Source of the DNA: Patescibacteria group bacterium
GTDB lineage: Bacteria; Patescibacteriota; Gracilibacteria; UBA1369; PNNO01
Assembly (NCBI GenBank): GCA_042568575.1
Contig: JBHPIO010000002.1
Coordinates: 65,447 to 129,446 of the forward strand
Direction: 5' to 3'
Length of the DNA: 64,000 nt
Part shown: piece after piece, positions 6,571 to 17,496 of the stretch
Layout of the letters: each line of letters opens with the position of its first letter
How positions within the stretch are numbered: position 1 is the first letter of the stretch
Position numbers and translations under genes: made by a program
The notes under the pieces: model-generated
What the model was told of the DNA's origin: nothing
Databases searched by the model: none
What the model saw: only the letters and a program-made list of their open reading frames with translations

Positions 6571-7190
6571 GTCTCCTCCATACTAGCCTTAATTCTCATC
6601 ACACCAGTGATTGCGCTTCGTTCTGCTTCGCTAAGTTTCATCGAAATGAACTTAACAGTCTCCTGGAGGTTTGGTAGGAGCATGTGTTCGAGAGCGTTTA
6701 CACGACGACGAGTCTTTTCAGTTTCTTCAGCGAGACGTTCTGCCTGACGTTCGATTTCAGCAAGTTGAATCAAGAGTGGAAGCACTTCCTGGAAGGCCTC
6801 AAGAGCCATATCAAGCTCTCCACTTGTTTGAAGGTATCCATAGTTCAAAATGTTTCCTTTCTGCTTTAACGTGAAGTTTGGGATGCGTACGCTCATCACG
6901 TTTTTTGTCTCAACTTCCAGCGATACTTCAGCGGAAGGGTAGAGGAGTGCATTCTCAAGAACTTCTGGATACATCATTGCTGATGCTTGCATAAAGTTCT
7001 TGAATGCTCCCTGCAATTTCTCTTCAACTTTCTTTCGAAGATCTCGTGCCTCACGGATGATTTCCATAAATTTCTGCATCAATCCGTCCTGTTTGTCTCG
7101 TAGCAGCTTGTGTCCCCTTTGAGCAGTTTTAATCTGCTTCTTAAGGTTCAGAAGCTCCATTCGAGTTGGATTGACATTTAGTTTTGCCAT
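6567..7190 (-). CDS. ntpD: V/A-type ATP synthase subunit D
   Basis: NVNPTRMEL, RGHKLLRDK, KTRRRVNALEH. Confidence 0.95.
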   Translation of the reverse strand: MAKLNVNPTRMELLNLKKQIKTAQRGHKLLRDKQDGLMQKFMEIIREARDLRKKVEEKLQGAFKNFMQASAMMYPEVLENALLYPSAEVSLEVETKNVMSVRIPNFTLKQKGNILNYGYLQTSGELDMALEAFQEVLPLLIQLAEIERQAERLAEETEKTRRRVNALEHMLLPNLQETVKFISMKLSEAERSAITGVMRIKASMEET

Positions 7191-7211
7191 ATCTTAGGGT
7201 CGTTTAAATTA

Positions 7212-8708
7212 TTATGATGAGAATTCAGCTTTTGCTTCTTCTTCAGTTGCGCTCTGTTCTTCTTCAGGCACCTCTTCCTTTGCAGGCATTTCTTCTTTTG
7301 CATCTTCTCCCATGTATTTAGCAATGTGTTCTTCTTTCACACGCTTTAATTCGTTTTTTGGAAGGAGCTTTAGAAGTTCCCATCCCATTGTAAGAGATTT
7401 GATAATGTCGCGATCTTCGTTTTCACTTTGACGAACATATTTATCTTCAAATTCATTTGCGAATTTCAAGAATGCAAGATCTGCATCACTTAGAGCCGCT
7501 TCACCAAGAATTACCGCAAGCTCACGAACTTCTTTTCCTCTAGCGTAAGCTGCAAAGAGCTGGTTCATCACACCTGAATGGTCTTCACGAGTTTTTCCAG
7601 GTCCGATACCTTTATCTTTCAAACGAGAAAGTGAAGGAAGTACGTTGATGTTTGGGTAAATACCTTGAGAGTGAAGGTCACGCGCTAGCACGATCTGTCC
7701 CTCTGTAATATATCCTGTAAGATCAGGAATTGGATGAGTGATATCGTCTTCCGGCATAGTTAGAATAGGAATCTGTGTGATTGAACCTTCTTTACCTTTT
7801 ACACGTCCAGCTCGTTCGTATAGAGTCGCTAGATCCGTATATAGGTAACCTGGATAACCACGTCGTCCTGGAACCTCTTTACGAGCTGCAGATACTTCAC
7901 GTAGCGCTTCACAATAGTTTGTAAGGTCAGTAAGGATTACAAGTACGTGCATTCCTTTTTCAAAAGCAAGATACTCAGCTGTTGTAAGTGCCATACGTGG
8001 AGTCGCAATTCTTTCTACTACTGGATCGTCCGCTGTATTGATGTAAAGAACAGATCGTTCGATAGCACCTGTCTTTTTGAATTCGTTTGTGAAGTATTCC
8101 GCTTCTTCAAATGTCACACCCATCGCTGCAAATACTACCGCGAAGTTTTCATCATTACCGCCACCTTCTTTAATATTCCCTTCATCATCTACTTTCACTA
8201 CTTTCGCCTGACGAGCAATTTGTGCAGCTAAACGTGCATGTGGAAGACCAGCTCCAGAGAAAATAGGAAGCTTTTGTCCACGTACAAGTGTGTTCATGGC
8301 ATCAATTGTAGAGATTCCTGTTTGATAGAAATCGTTCGGATAATCACGCGCATTTGGATTTAGCGGGTTTCCGTTAATGTCGATTTTCTTTTCAGGAATG
8401 ATTTCAGCTCCACCATCAATCGGGCGGCCCCGTCCATCAAAGATGCGTCCGAGCATGTCCTTAGACACTCCAAGCTGAAGACTCTTTCCTAGGAATCTAG
8501 CCTTAGATCCAGCTGCTCCAAGTCCCTGTGAACTTTCGAACATCTGAGCGATGGCCATTCCTTCTCTAGCTTCAAGTACTTTTCCAAGACGTACGTCTCC
8601 ACTTGCAGTTGTAATCTCTACAAGCTCTTCATACTTGATGTCCTCAACGCCTTCGATCATTACGAGCGGTCCGGCGATGGACTTTATTGTTTTATATTCT
8701 TTTTGCAT
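7212..8708 (-). CDS. ntpB: V/A-type ATP synthase subunit B
   Basis: [38 protein letters not shown]. Confidence 0.97.
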   Translation of the reverse strand: MQKEYKTIKSIAGPLVMIEGVEDIKYEELVEITTASGDVRLGKVLEAREGMAIAQMFESSQGLGAAGSKARFLGKSLQLGVSKDMLGRIFDGRGRPIDGGAEIIPEKKIDINGNPLNPNARDYPNDFYQTGISTIDAMNTLVRGQKLPIFSGAGLPHARLAAQIARQAKVVKVDDEGNIKEGGGNDENFAVVFAAMGVTFEEAEYFTNEFKKTGAIERSVLYINTADDPVVERIATPRMALTTAEYLAFEKGMHVLVILTDLTNYCEALREVSAARKEVPGRRGYPGYLYTDLATLYERAGRVKGKEGSITQIPILTMPEDDITHPIPDLTGYITEGQIVLARDLHSQGIYPNINVLPSLSRLKDKGIGPGKTREDHSGVMNQLFAAYARGKEVRELAVILGEAALSDADLAFLKFANEFEDKYVRQSENEDRDIIKSLTMGWELLKLLPKNELKRVKEEHIAKYMGEDAKEEMPAKEEVPEEEQSATEEEAKAEFSS

Positions 8709-8733
8709 TGTCTATAAGAGTTAATTTAATAAA

Positions 8734-10497
8734 TTATTTTTGAAGCGACATAATCTCACGCTCTGTATCTTCCCAAAGCTTCTTGAATTCATCTTCTTTG
8801 TCAGCGCCGATGTTCTTACATTTAGTTACTCGTTCCATTACAGGAAGTGCTAGTAAATCATCGAAGTTGAAGTCTTCATGATCAATAACTTTTGATGCAT
8901 GATGAGCGACGTTCAAGATTGATTTAAGCATCCAGTATTGCTTTTTAAGCGGTGTGAAAGCATCAACTTTATCAAAAGCGTTTTGGAACAGGAAGTCTTC
9001 ACGAAGTGATTTCGCAGTTTCCAAAGTTAGACGTTCTTTTGGAGAAAGTGCTTCCATTCCAACTAGACGTACGATTTCTTCAAGTTTTGCTTCTTCTTGT
9101 AGGATACTCATTGCCTCGGTTCTGTATTCTCCAAAATCTTCAGCAATTTCGTTCTTCCAGTAGTCTTTAATGTTGTCGTTATAAAGTGTGTATGAGGAAA
9201 GCCAGTTAATAGCCGGGAAGTGACGTCTGTAAGCAAGTTTTGCGTCTAGTCCCCAGAATACTTTTGTAACACGTAGAGTGTTTTGAGTTACCGGTTCCGA
9301 AAGATCTCCACCTGGAGGCGATACCGCTCCGATAAGTGTTAGACTTCCTTCACGATCATCATCTTCTCCAAGACATTTAACGTTTCCAGATCTTTCATAG
9401 AACTGAGCAGTTCGAGAACCAAGGTAAGCAGGATATCCTTCTTCACCTGGCATCTCTTCTAGACGTCCTGACATTTCACGCAACGCTTCCGCCCAACGAG
9501 ATGTTGAGTCAGCCATAAGCGCTACATCGTATCCCATATCACGGTAATACTCAGCGATTGTTACTCCTGTGTAGATAGAAGCTTCACGAGCCGCTACCGG
9601 CATGTTAGAAGTGTTAGCTACCATCACAGTACGTTTCATAAGTTTTTCTCCAGTGTTTGGATCTTCCAGTTCCGGGAATTCCATAAGTACATCAGTCATC
9701 TCGTTACCACGCTCTCCACATCCGATATAAACGATAATTTCCGCATCACAATATTTAGCAAGTGTTTGCTGTGTTACAGTTTTTCCAGCTCCGAATGGTC
9801 CAGGAATACATCCTGCTCCACCTTTTGCGAGTGGGAAAAGTGTATCTAGAATTCGAGTTCCTGATACAAGTGGTTTACTTGGAATAGATTTATCTCTCAC
9901 TGGTCTTGGGTTTCGGATAGACCATTTTTGTAGCATTGCAATCTCATGATCTTTTCCTTCTGCGTCTGTAATTACAGCGATTATATCTTCGATTGTGTGT
10001 GATCCACTCTTAATTTCTTTAACGCTTCCAGAGATTGTTGGAGGTACCATCACTTTGTGCATAATAAGTGATGTTTCTTGAACTTCTCCTAGGATATCTC
10101 CTTCAGTCACGTTTTCACCTTTGCTCTTTATCGCTTTAAAATCCCATGTCTTTTTTCTATCAAGTCCAGGTACATCAAGACCACGAGTGATGTAATCACC
10201 TGCTTCTTTTTGAAGAAGAGGGAGAGGACGTTGGATTCCATCATAAATAGATTGAAGGAGTCCAGGCCCGAGCTCAACCTGCATAGTTTGACCTGTAGGG
10301 TAAACAGGTTCTCCAGGTCCAACTCCACCAGTTTCTTCATATACCTGAATTGAAGCTTGGTCGCCTTCAATTCCGATGATTTCACCGATAAGTTTTTTAT
10401 CAGATACACGTACTACTTCGTACATGCGTGCTCCCTCCATTCCTTTTGCAACGACAAGAGGTCCTGATACTTTTATAATTGTTCCTTGTTTTTCCAT
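8734..10497 (-). CDS. ntpA: V/A-type ATP synthase subunit A
   Basis: P-loop [28 protein letters not shown]. Confidence 0.97.
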   Translation of the reverse strand: MEKQGTIIKVSGPLVVAKGMEGARMYEVVRVSDKKLIGEIIGIEGDQASIQVYEETGGVGPGEPVYPTGQTMQVELGPGLLQSIYDGIQRPLPLLQKEAGDYITRGLDVPGLDRKKTWDFKAIKSKGENVTEGDILGEVQETSLIMHKVMVPPTISGSVKEIKSGSHTIEDIIAVITDAEGKDHEIAMLQKWSIRNPRPVRDKSIPSKPLVSGTRILDTLFPLAKGGAGCIPGPFGAGKTVTQQTLAKYCDAEIIVYIGCGERGNEMTDVLMEFPELEDPNTGEKLMKRTVMVANTSNMPVAAREASIYTGVTIAEYYRDMGYDVALMADSTSRWAEALREMSGRLEEMPGEEGYPAYLGSRTAQFYERSGNVKCLGEDDDREGSLTLIGAVSPPGGDLSEPVTQNTLRVTKVFWGLDAKLAYRRHFPAINWLSSYTLYNDNIKDYWKNEIAEDFGEYRTEAMSILQEEAKLEEIVRLVGMEALSPKERLTLETAKSLREDFLFQNAFDKVDAFTPLKKQYWMLKSILNVAHHASKVIDHEDFNFDDLLALPVMERVTKCKNIGADKEDEFKKLWEDTEREIMSLQK

Positions 10498-10531
10498 ATT
10501 CTTATGTTATTAAGTGAATATATATGAGTTG

Positions 10532-10894
10532 TTATCCTCCAAATATGTCTGAACCAACAGCCTGTTCAACCATTTTCTTGATTCTTTCAAGTCCGTATCC
10601 TTTAGTTCCTCGAATTCCAGGAATAGGAATGATTGCAGGTAATGCTTCTTTAGTTAGTTTTTTGTAATCTTCTTTTGTAATTTGAGTCGCAAGATCTTCA
10701 AGTATAAAAATAATTGCGTATTTTTTTCGTGTTTCTCCTTCGCCAAGATCAATTACTTCGCTATTTAATTTGAATAGTGCTTCGCGAGCTTCTTCACCAT
10801 TGTTCGCGATAGTTGCAGTTACACCGAGTGCTTTAAACCCGAGAATTTGGTCTTTACTACCAACGATTGCTATTTTGTATGAGTCTTTGTTCAT
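10532..10894 (-). CDS. V/A-type ATP synthase subunit F
   Basis: KIAIVG..ILGFKALGV, PAIIPIPG, VEQAVGSDI. Confidence 0.9.
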   Translation of the reverse strand: MNKDSYKIAIVGSKDQILGFKALGVTATIANNGEEAREALFKLNSEVIDLGEGETRKKYAIIFILEDLATQITKEDYKKLTKEALPAIIPIPGIRGTKGYGLERIKKMVEQAVGSDIFGG

Positions 10895-10895
10895 A

Positions 10896-11921
10896 TTAAT
10901 AAAGGGTTCTGATTAATTGTCTAATTTGTTCTGGATCGATGTCGTTTAATTTGCTTACCATAATGCTTCTAATAACTAGAGCATTGTTCTTTTTTGCCCA
11001 GAAATAAGCGAATACCGGCTCAGGCCCGATTGCTATTCTCTTTGCTCTTTGAATATAGTCTGTTAAGTGGTCGTATGTAAGTTTGTCCAATTTTACGAAT
11101 GATTTCTCCTCTTCATATCCTTTGATTGCATCACGAATAATGTTTGCATAGTCAGTGTGACGCATGCTTTCAGCAAAATCGCTAACATCTTTTCTGAACG
11201 CATCAAGGAATCTGTATTTTTCCAGAGTTCCTCTGCAGATGAATCCTTTTTCAAGAAGCTCTTCTTCTCTCTTTTGGATTTTTAGACGAATGAATAGTTC
11301 AATATTTTTAAGGTCGATATATTTTTTTGTGAGTGTGATTAGGAACTCGTTCCCACTCTTTACAGCAATTTCGTTAATGATTTTGCAGAATCTTTTATCA
11401 AGAACGATATCTATTAGTTGTGGATCTTCAGATTTTAAGTAATCTGTTTCTGCAAGTTTAATGCTTTCTTTAAGGTATTTCTCGTATCTTTCTTCAAGTC
11501 CAAACCCTGCGTCTTCTCCGTCTAGAATGTATTTTTTAAGTTGAACGAGTTCGATTGCACCAAAATGAAAACAGTAATCTTTAACTTCATCAAACTCTTT
11601 TCCAGAGTGTTTTGCTTTTAGAAGTACTTTCATATTGTGGAAATCGTATCTGAACCAAAGGATGTTAAACACCCAGTTGCTTGGAGCGATTCTTTTAATT
11701 AACTCTTTTGTATCTTTAAGACCTGAATTAATTACATCCTGAAAATTTTCTACCTTCTCAATATCTCCAATGTGAGTTGAGTAATCTGTTTCATTCAAGA
11801 TTTTGTATGCGTCCACCGCGTCTTTTGCGAGAACCATTCGTTCGAGCTCGTTTTCATTAAGGAGTTTTGTCTCCAGAACTCTTATCCATGATACTGATTG
11901 TGCGAAACTTGTTGAGTCCAT
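10896..11921 (-). CDS. ntpC: V/A-type ATP synthase subunit C (d)
   Basis: IRVLETKLL, YDFHNMKVLLK, GPEPVFAY; operon position. Confidence 0.9.
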   Translation of the reverse strand: MDSTSFAQSVSWIRVLETKLLNENELERMVLAKDAVDAYKILNETDYSTHIGDIEKVENFQDVINSGLKDTKELIKRIAPSNWVFNILWFRYDFHNMKVLLKAKHSGKEFDEVKDYCFHFGAIELVQLKKYILDGEDAGFGLEERYEKYLKESIKLAETDYLKSEDPQLIDIVLDKRFCKIINEIAVKSGNEFLITLTKKYIDLKNIELFIRLKIQKREEELLEKGFICRGTLEKYRFLDAFRKDVSDFAESMRHTDYANIIRDAIKGYEEEKSFVKLDKLTYDHLTDYIQRAKRIAIGPEPVFAYFWAKKNNALVIRSIMVSKLNDIDPEQIRQLIRTLY

Positions 11922-11932
11922 TTATAGTTTAA

Positions 11933-12502
11933 TTAAGCGGAAAATATAGTTTGTGCAACTTCTAGTTCAAGATCGTCACGAAGTTGTTTGTTTAGAATTG
12001 ATTCAAATGAATTGTCGATTTCGATTTTCTCTGACACCAAAATGAAACCACCTTTTATGTCAGTGCTTTTGTCTGACATTTGGAATGATTTCCCAGATGC
12101 AGAAAGAGCGGCTCTTGTAGCGTCTTCTTTTCCTTTTGCTGGAACAACTTTCACGTCGTCACCTTTAATTGCAGAATGTTTTAGTAATTCTGTTAAGAGC
12201 TTTTCGTAGTTAGAAGAAGATACTAGTGCTTCTAGTGCTTCATCAAAAATTGCGTCCATAACTTCACGTTTTTCTTTAAGAAGCTTGTTCTTAGCCTCCA
12301 TCTTTGCGTGTGTTGCCATTTTGTTCAGAATTTTTTCGCTGTTAGCTGTAACTTGTCCGTCCATTTCTTCTTGCGCGTTTTTCATCATCTTTTCAAATTC
12401 TGCTTCAAGTTTTTTTACAGTTTCAGCATGTTCTTTGCTCATTTTATCAAGCTTTTCTTGAGTCTCTTTTTTGATTTGTTCAAGGATGTCGTTTAAAGCC
12501 AT
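11933..12502 (-). CDS. ntpE: V/A-type ATP synthase subunit E
   Basis: Coiled-coil N-terminus, IKGGFIL...IDNSFE. Confidence 0.9.
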   Translation of the reverse strand: MALNDILEQIKKETQEKLDKMSKEHAETVKKLEAEFEKMMKNAQEEMDGQVTANSEKILNKMATHAKMEAKNKLLKEKREVMDAIFDEALEALVSSSNYEKLLTELLKHSAIKGDDVKVVPAKGKEDATRAALSASGKSFQMSDKSTDIKGGFILVSEKIEIDNSFESILNKQLRDDLELEVAQTIFSA

Positions 12503-12586
12503 ATTTCTAAAGTGTTATTGTTAATTATTAACTTTTGGGATCCCCGCGATGATTTTGCAACCGCGGGAATTTTCAAAAAACAATAA

Positions 12587-13072
12587 TTATCCTACTTGTA
12601 TTCCAAAGATAAGAAGTACTGAAACTAGAAGTCCAAGTACCGCATATGTTTCTACCATCGCTGACATGATCACCGCTTTACCTGTGTTAGTCGCGTCTTT
12701 TGCTACTGCGTTAAGTCCCGCAGCAGATACTTTTCCTTGGTGAATTCCTGAGAATAGACCAGCAAGTCCAACTGGGATTCCAGCTCCGAAGAACTGCCAT
12801 CCTGTTGAAAGGCTGATTTCTGCCGCAGATCCTCCAATAAGTCCGATTTGGATTAGAATTAGAAGTGCACCTAGGAATCCGTAGATACCTTGTGTTCCTG
12901 GAAGCGCCTGTAGAAGAAGGATCTTACCAAAAAGTTCTGGTTTTTCACTGATCACACCAGTTCCTGATTGACCAGCTAGTCCAACCCCGATACTTGATCC
13001 AATGCCTCCTAGAGCAGCTGCTACTGCTGCACCGAGCACTGCTAGTGCGAGTCCTGTTTCAATTCCGAACAT
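12587..13072 (-). CDS. ntpK: V/A-type ATP synthase subunit K (c), 4-TM, Na+-type signature
   Basis: LPGTQGIYG, HQGKV, MVETYAVL as in Enterococcus hirae NtpK. Confidence 0.95.
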   Translation of the reverse strand: MFGIETGLALAVLGAAVAAALGGIGSSIGVGLAGQSGTGVISEKPELFGKILLLQALPGTQGIYGFLGALLILIQIGLIGGSAAEISLSTGWQFFGAGIPVGLAGLFSGIHQGKVSAAGLNAVAKDATNTGKAVIMSAMVETYAVLGLLVSVLLIFGIQVG

Positions 13073-13112
13073 ATTTTTTAGTTGTTAAAGAATTAAATAT
13101 GTAAAATATAAA

Positions 13113-15116
13113 TTATTTTTTCTCTGTGATAAGTATGTATTTGCAAGCTTTCTGCAAAGGTTTAAACGCTTTTCCTCCACCTTCCATAAATTTCCCGAAG
13201 AACTCAACGAACTGAAGACGACTTGAGTGGATAAACGCTCCAAGTGTCGAGATCGCTATATTCAAAGTGTGTCCGATTAAAATAACAATGATTGCGAATA
13301 CAATTCCTATATAAGGTATGCTTCCCACTAACCCAGCAATTGTATTAAATGCAAATCCAATAATTCCTGTTCCGAGCCCAAGAGCCATCAAACGTGAGTA
13401 TGAAAGTACGTCGGCGAAGTATCCAACTAGTCCGTATAGAGAAAGGACACCTGTTAAGAATTTCAAAATAATATTCTTTTGTTTTCTTCCTTGCGTAAGA
13501 ATAAGTGCTCCAACTCCGAAGTAAACAAGATACGTAATTGCTCCTGCATATTCCGGAAGGAAGATTCCTCCTTTACTTAATCCGAATAGACCCATGATTA
13601 TCAAGAAGTAGAACCAAAGGAAGCTATCGAATAATGCGTCTATATATTTTCCGTGTTTAATTTTCCAGTATCCATCAACAAGAACTCCGAATAGAACTTG
13701 AACGTATCCAAGAACTGCAGCAAGCATTAGGAATGTTAAAGGTCCACTTCCCTTAGTTGGGTTGATTATCTGCCATCTAAATGCCATTTCACCAGATTCG
13801 TCTACGTATGTTAGGAATCCAGGTGCTTGGTCTGCTGTCATTCCAAACCATCCACCGAATAGCGCTCCCAATATAAATGTAACGATTCCACCAAACATCA
13901 AAAGTTTCACTAAGTTCTTCATTCCGGCAGGAATCTTCAAGAATTTGAGTGCAAGGGCGCATATTACAAATAGAACGATTCCATATCCTGCGTCAGTCAA
14001 ACATAATCCAAAGAAGATAATGAAGAATGCTGCCAAGAATGGTGTTGGATCGATTTCACTTGGGAGCGGAAGTCCGTAAATGTTTGTTACCGCTTCAAAT
14101 GATCCAATCAAACCTTTGTTTTTAATTGCAACCGGTGCCTGTTCTTCTTCCGTCGGTTCGATTTCAAAAATTTCAAATGCGTTTGTTACTTTTTCAAGCC
14201 TTTCGTTGATTTTTTTAAGATTCTTTAAAGGAACCCATCCTTCTAACGTAAAGCTGGATTTAGTATTATAAGCTTTTTGTTCAGAATACATTTTATCTCT
14301 TTCCCAAACAAAATAGTCGTGAACAATCTGAAGATCTTCGTTTTTCTTTGCCAAAACCTTTAATTCTTCTTCTTGATTAGCAAGATCTTGTTCGATTTCA
14401 GATTTTCTTTCCTTAATCTCTTTTAATTCCGTTTTTACATCGTGTTTTCGTGATGGCAGGTCAACTTCACTTAATTTATGCATCATGAAAACCTCTTTAA
14501 CTTGAGGTTCAACTTCTTTTGCAAAAGTTAGCGCAACGTAAGTTGTGCTTTCGTCTTCGTTAATTTTATCTACATTAAGTAGTTTTGAAACTTTTTTAAT
14601 ATCTTCAACAAATTCTGCATATGCAGTTTTTTGAATAGTTCCAAGGATGGTTTTTGTTCTTTCAGTTTCGCCAATATGATCAAGTGGCATTGAAAGTGAT
14701 TGCCATGCCCCAAGTTCTTCTTGCGACATTTGAAGTGCGGCAAGTTCATTCCTTAAAGCAACCATAGTTTCTTCAACTGTGCGACACTGTTTAATAATAG
14801 TATCGAAGTTGAATTCTTTTGCTTTCTTTTTAACGTCATCGATAGTTAAAACAAGCGGACCTTGGATTAGGTTCCGGTGTTTTGCGTAAGGCTTGATAAG
14901 TTTTAGAGCGAAATCGATATTTGCAATATTAAGCTCTACTGAATGTAGCGCCTCCATTTGTTCTGGTGATTGATTGATTAGTTCTCTTTCCTCTGCTTTT
15001 TCATCTATAATTTCTGTGATTTCCAAAGCCCCTAATGACTGCAACGAGTCCAACAACTTCTGTTTATGACTTCCAGAAGCTACTAATTTGATTTTTTGCA
15101 TTGAAATGACCGCCAT
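13113..15116 (-). CDS. ntpI: V/A-type ATP synthase subunit I (a)
   Basis: EIDPTP, DVLSYSRLMALG, HSSRLQFVEFFGKF. Confidence 0.95.
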   Translation of the reverse strand: MAVISMQKIKLVASGSHKQKLLDSLQSLGALEITEIIDEKAEERELINQSPEQMEALHSVELNIANIDFALKLIKPYAKHRNLIQGPLVLTIDDVKKKAKEFNFDTIIKQCRTVEETMVALRNELAALQMSQEELGAWQSLSMPLDHIGETERTKTILGTIQKTAYAEFVEDIKKVSKLLNVDKINEDESTTYVALTFAKEVEPQVKEVFMMHKLSEVDLPSRKHDVKTELKEIKERKSEIEQDLANQEEELKVLAKKNEDLQIVHDYFVWERDKMYSEQKAYNTKSSFTLEGWVPLKNLKKINERLEKVTNAFEIFEIEPTEEEQAPVAIKNKGLIGSFEAVTNIYGLPLPSEIDPTPFLAAFFIIFFGLCLTDAGYGIVLFVICALALKFLKIPAGMKNLVKLLMFGGIVTFILGALFGGWFGMTADQAPGFLTYVDESGEMAFRWQIINPTKGSGPLTFLMLAAVLGYVQVLFGVLVDGYWKIKHGKYIDALFDSFLWFYFLIIMGLFGLSKGGIFLPEYAGAITYLVYFGVGALILTQGRKQKNIILKFLTGVLSLYGLVGYFADVLSYSRLMALGLGTGIIGFAFNTIAGLVGSIPYIGIVFAIIVILIGHTLNIAISTLGAFIHSSRLQFVEFFGKFMEGGGKAFKPLQKACKYILITEKK

Positions 15117-15146
15117 GCTCTCAGTTTCTTGTTATATATATAGGTA

Positions 15147-15473
15147 TTAATTGCTCACAAGGTGTTTCTCGAAAAATGCGACAATAAGCTTCACAGCCTC
15201 GTCTTTCTTAGCTTTTGCCTGACCAATAGCTGAGTTTCTGTCTCTTTCTCTGTCTTCAGAAATCTCTTTGAATTTTTTCATAGCATCTTGCTTTGCAGTT
15301 TCGAGAGTAGCTTGTCCTTTCTTTCGTAGCCCATCTTTATGTTCTTCAAGTTCTTTTTCTTTTTCAATCCGTTTCTCGTCGAGTTTTTTATGGTTATCTT
15401 TAAGGCTAGAAGCTATTTTCTTCTCTGCGTTAGCTTCTTCATCTTTGATTGTTTGTACTGGATCGTTAGTCAT
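15147..15473 (-). CDS. V/A-type ATP synthase subunit H/G (peripheral stalk)
   Basis: 108 aa charged coiled coil, first gene of the operon. Confidence 0.75.
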   Translation of the reverse strand: MTNDPVQTIKDEEANAEKKIASSLKDNHKKLDEKRIEKEKELEEHKDGLRKKGQATLETAKQDAMKKFKEISEDRERDRNSAIGQAKAKKDEAVKLIVAFFEKHLVSN

Positions 15474-15519
15474 AATTGCTTAAGGTAAATACTAAAGTTG
15501 AGCTTTTTTAGTCGCGAAG

Positions 15520-15548
15520 ATATTAAATTTAGGAGTGGAAAAAGTCAA
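15520..15548 (-). promoter_or_regulatory. Promoter of V-ATPase operon
   Basis: Minus strand TTGACT-17 bp-TAATAT. Confidence 0.55.
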
Positions 15549-15647
15549 TATGAAAAGGGGAAAATTAACTTTCTTTAATGAAAATGACTTGACAAAGCCA
15601 CGAAATCCTTTGTAGAATACTAGCTCTTGTATTTATTTATTAAAATT

Positions 15648-16292
15648 ATGTCTGAAGGAGATGAAGAACGCTCACAATTAGGACTATTTGCAGATCCGGT
15701 TCCGGCACTGGCAGATGTAGAGCTAGAAATTGACGAAGAGTTTGGAGAAGAAGAAGACACGTTTGAAACTTTTTTTGAGGCAGCCCTGCCAACTGTTGAG
15801 CGCTATGTTGTATACAAAATGACTAGGATTGTTGAAGAAAACTTGGAAGCGGTATCCGTTGAGTTATTATCTGTGCTTGCGAATGATCCGTCTGATATAA
15901 CTTTAGAAATGTTCCGAAATGGATTTAATAAAAATGTGAGAGGTTTGGGTGTTTGCAATTCTCCAACTGAAGAAGACAATATTATTGACTGGGAAGTTGA
16001 ACAGGTAGCTTTACACTTATTTGAGTTTTGGAAAAAAATTATTAAGGCATCCCTAGAAGGTGCAGGTCAAATTGAATTAAACGATGAGTTTTTACCAACA
16101 AATTTCAATACTTCAGAGAGTCCCGATTATCAGGAAATGCTTAACGCCGTAGATTTAGATGAAAAGCGGATTAAGGTAATACTTGGCGTACTTTCAGGGA
16201 CATTTTTGGACAATAAACCCATAAGAAAAGCCTTCGATAATATTTGGGTGCGACGCGATGAAGATAGAAAAATTTTTGCTTTTACTAAATAA
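15648..16292 (+). CDS. Acidic hypothetical protein
   Basis: ATG 15648 (MSEGDEE); upstream TTGACA-18-TAGAAT at 15589-15618. Confidence 0.7.
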   Translation: MSEGDEERSQLGLFADPVPALADVELEIDEEFGEEEDTFETFFEAALPTVERYVVYKMTRIVEENLEAVSVELLSVLANDPSDITLEMFRNGFNKNVRGLGVCNSPTEEDNIIDWEVEQVALHLFEFWKKIIKASLEGAGQIELNDEFLPTNFNTSESPDYQEMLNAVDLDEKRIKVILGVLSGTFLDNKPIRKAFDNIWVRRDEDRKIFAFTK

Positions 16293-16308
16293 TTGATAAA
16301 ATTTAAAT

Positions 16309-17496
16309 ATGTCAGAGGAAAGACCGGAAGATTCGTTTGGATGTACTGAGTTTGGTTGGTTAAAAATTCGTGAACTTGATGATGAAAGGTATGAGAAAGA
16401 TGATATCCCGGAGACTTCTGAGGAATTTTTAGAGTTAATTCGAGAAATGAATGCGCTTGAAGCGCATTTGGATGCTTATGATTCTGAAGACATAAATGCT
16501 GGTAGACAGCTTATGTTTGTTCGACGTCATTTCCATAGAGTCCTAGAGGAGAAACCAGAAATAGCTCTTCAAGTAATTGGTGAGTTGGAGAAAAAGATTC
16601 AATCTTCAACATCGGATGAAGATCCTTTTCGTTGGAGTAGCTCGTCGCCTCTTGACCTTGTTCGTTACGTTAGGCTTTCACCAATATTGAAAGATAATGT
16701 AAGGGTGTGGGGACTTCTTGAACCCATTGCCAATAATGTGAACGATTATTATGAATCACGTGATGCTTCTGATATTCCTTCTTCTATTCCAATTGAAAGA
16801 GTATGTGAAGCTATTCAGTCTTTTACAGAATTGTATCCTGATCACATTCTGGCAGCAGACACACTTGAAATGATGGAATGCGTCTTAGCTAGCTATATGA
16901 TTGCAGAGGCATCTGTTGTAACTAGTGAGGCAGATGAAACGAGAAAAAGAATTGAGCAACTTTTAGGGCTTGCTGGGGAAGCGAGTTCTCGTAGTTTTAA
17001 CTCTAACCTTGATGTAACCCTGGAGAGGGGATTCCTTCGCGAAGTTGAACGAGAGGTCGGTTTACCTGTTTTATCCATGGCTGTATCAAATGATGTATTG
17101 CATAGAAAGGCAATAAAAGAATATGTACTTTATTTAATTGAGGCAGGAGATTCAAAAAGAGCTTCAGAAATATGTGCCGAAATTTTAAATGAAGATCCGG
17201 ATTCGGTTTTGGGTCAAACTTTATATGTAAGAATATTCCTTGGTAGAGGCACTGAATTGATCCCAGAAGAAATGAGGGATTTATACACTCGTCTTGGTTT
17301 AATGTTATTAAAAGAATCACTAAACCCAGAAATTTATTATTTGTTAGGACTTCTTGATTTAAAGAATTTGGAAAATGACGAACAAGCCAGAAGCAACGTA
17401 CTTTTAAATATTGGTCATATAGATCGATGCGACCCGGAAGATAAACTTGGTTATGGGAAATTACTTATAGAAGCTTTTCAACACGTAAGTAATTAG
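16309..17496 (+). CDS. Acidic hypothetical protein, possible C-terminal TPR-like helices
   Basis: 395 aa ORF; ILNEDPDS and NPEIYYLLG are TPR-like turns. Confidence 0.7.
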   Translation: MSEERPEDSFGCTEFGWLKIRELDDERYEKDDIPETSEEFLELIREMNALEAHLDAYDSEDINAGRQLMFVRRHFHRVLEEKPEIALQVIGELEKKIQSSTSDEDPFRWSSSSPLDLVRYVRLSPILKDNVRVWGLLEPIANNVNDYYESRDASDIPSSIPIERVCEAIQSFTELYPDHILAADTLEMMECVLASYMIAEASVVTSEADETRKRIEQLLGLAGEASSRSFNSNLDVTLERGFLREVEREVGLPVLSMAVSNDVLHRKAIKEYVLYLIEAGDSKRASEICAEILNEDPDSVLGQTLYVRIFLGRGTELIPEEMRDLYTRLGLMLLKESLNPEIYYLLGLLDLKNLENDEQARSNVLLNIGHIDRCDPEDKLGYGKLLIEAFQHVSN

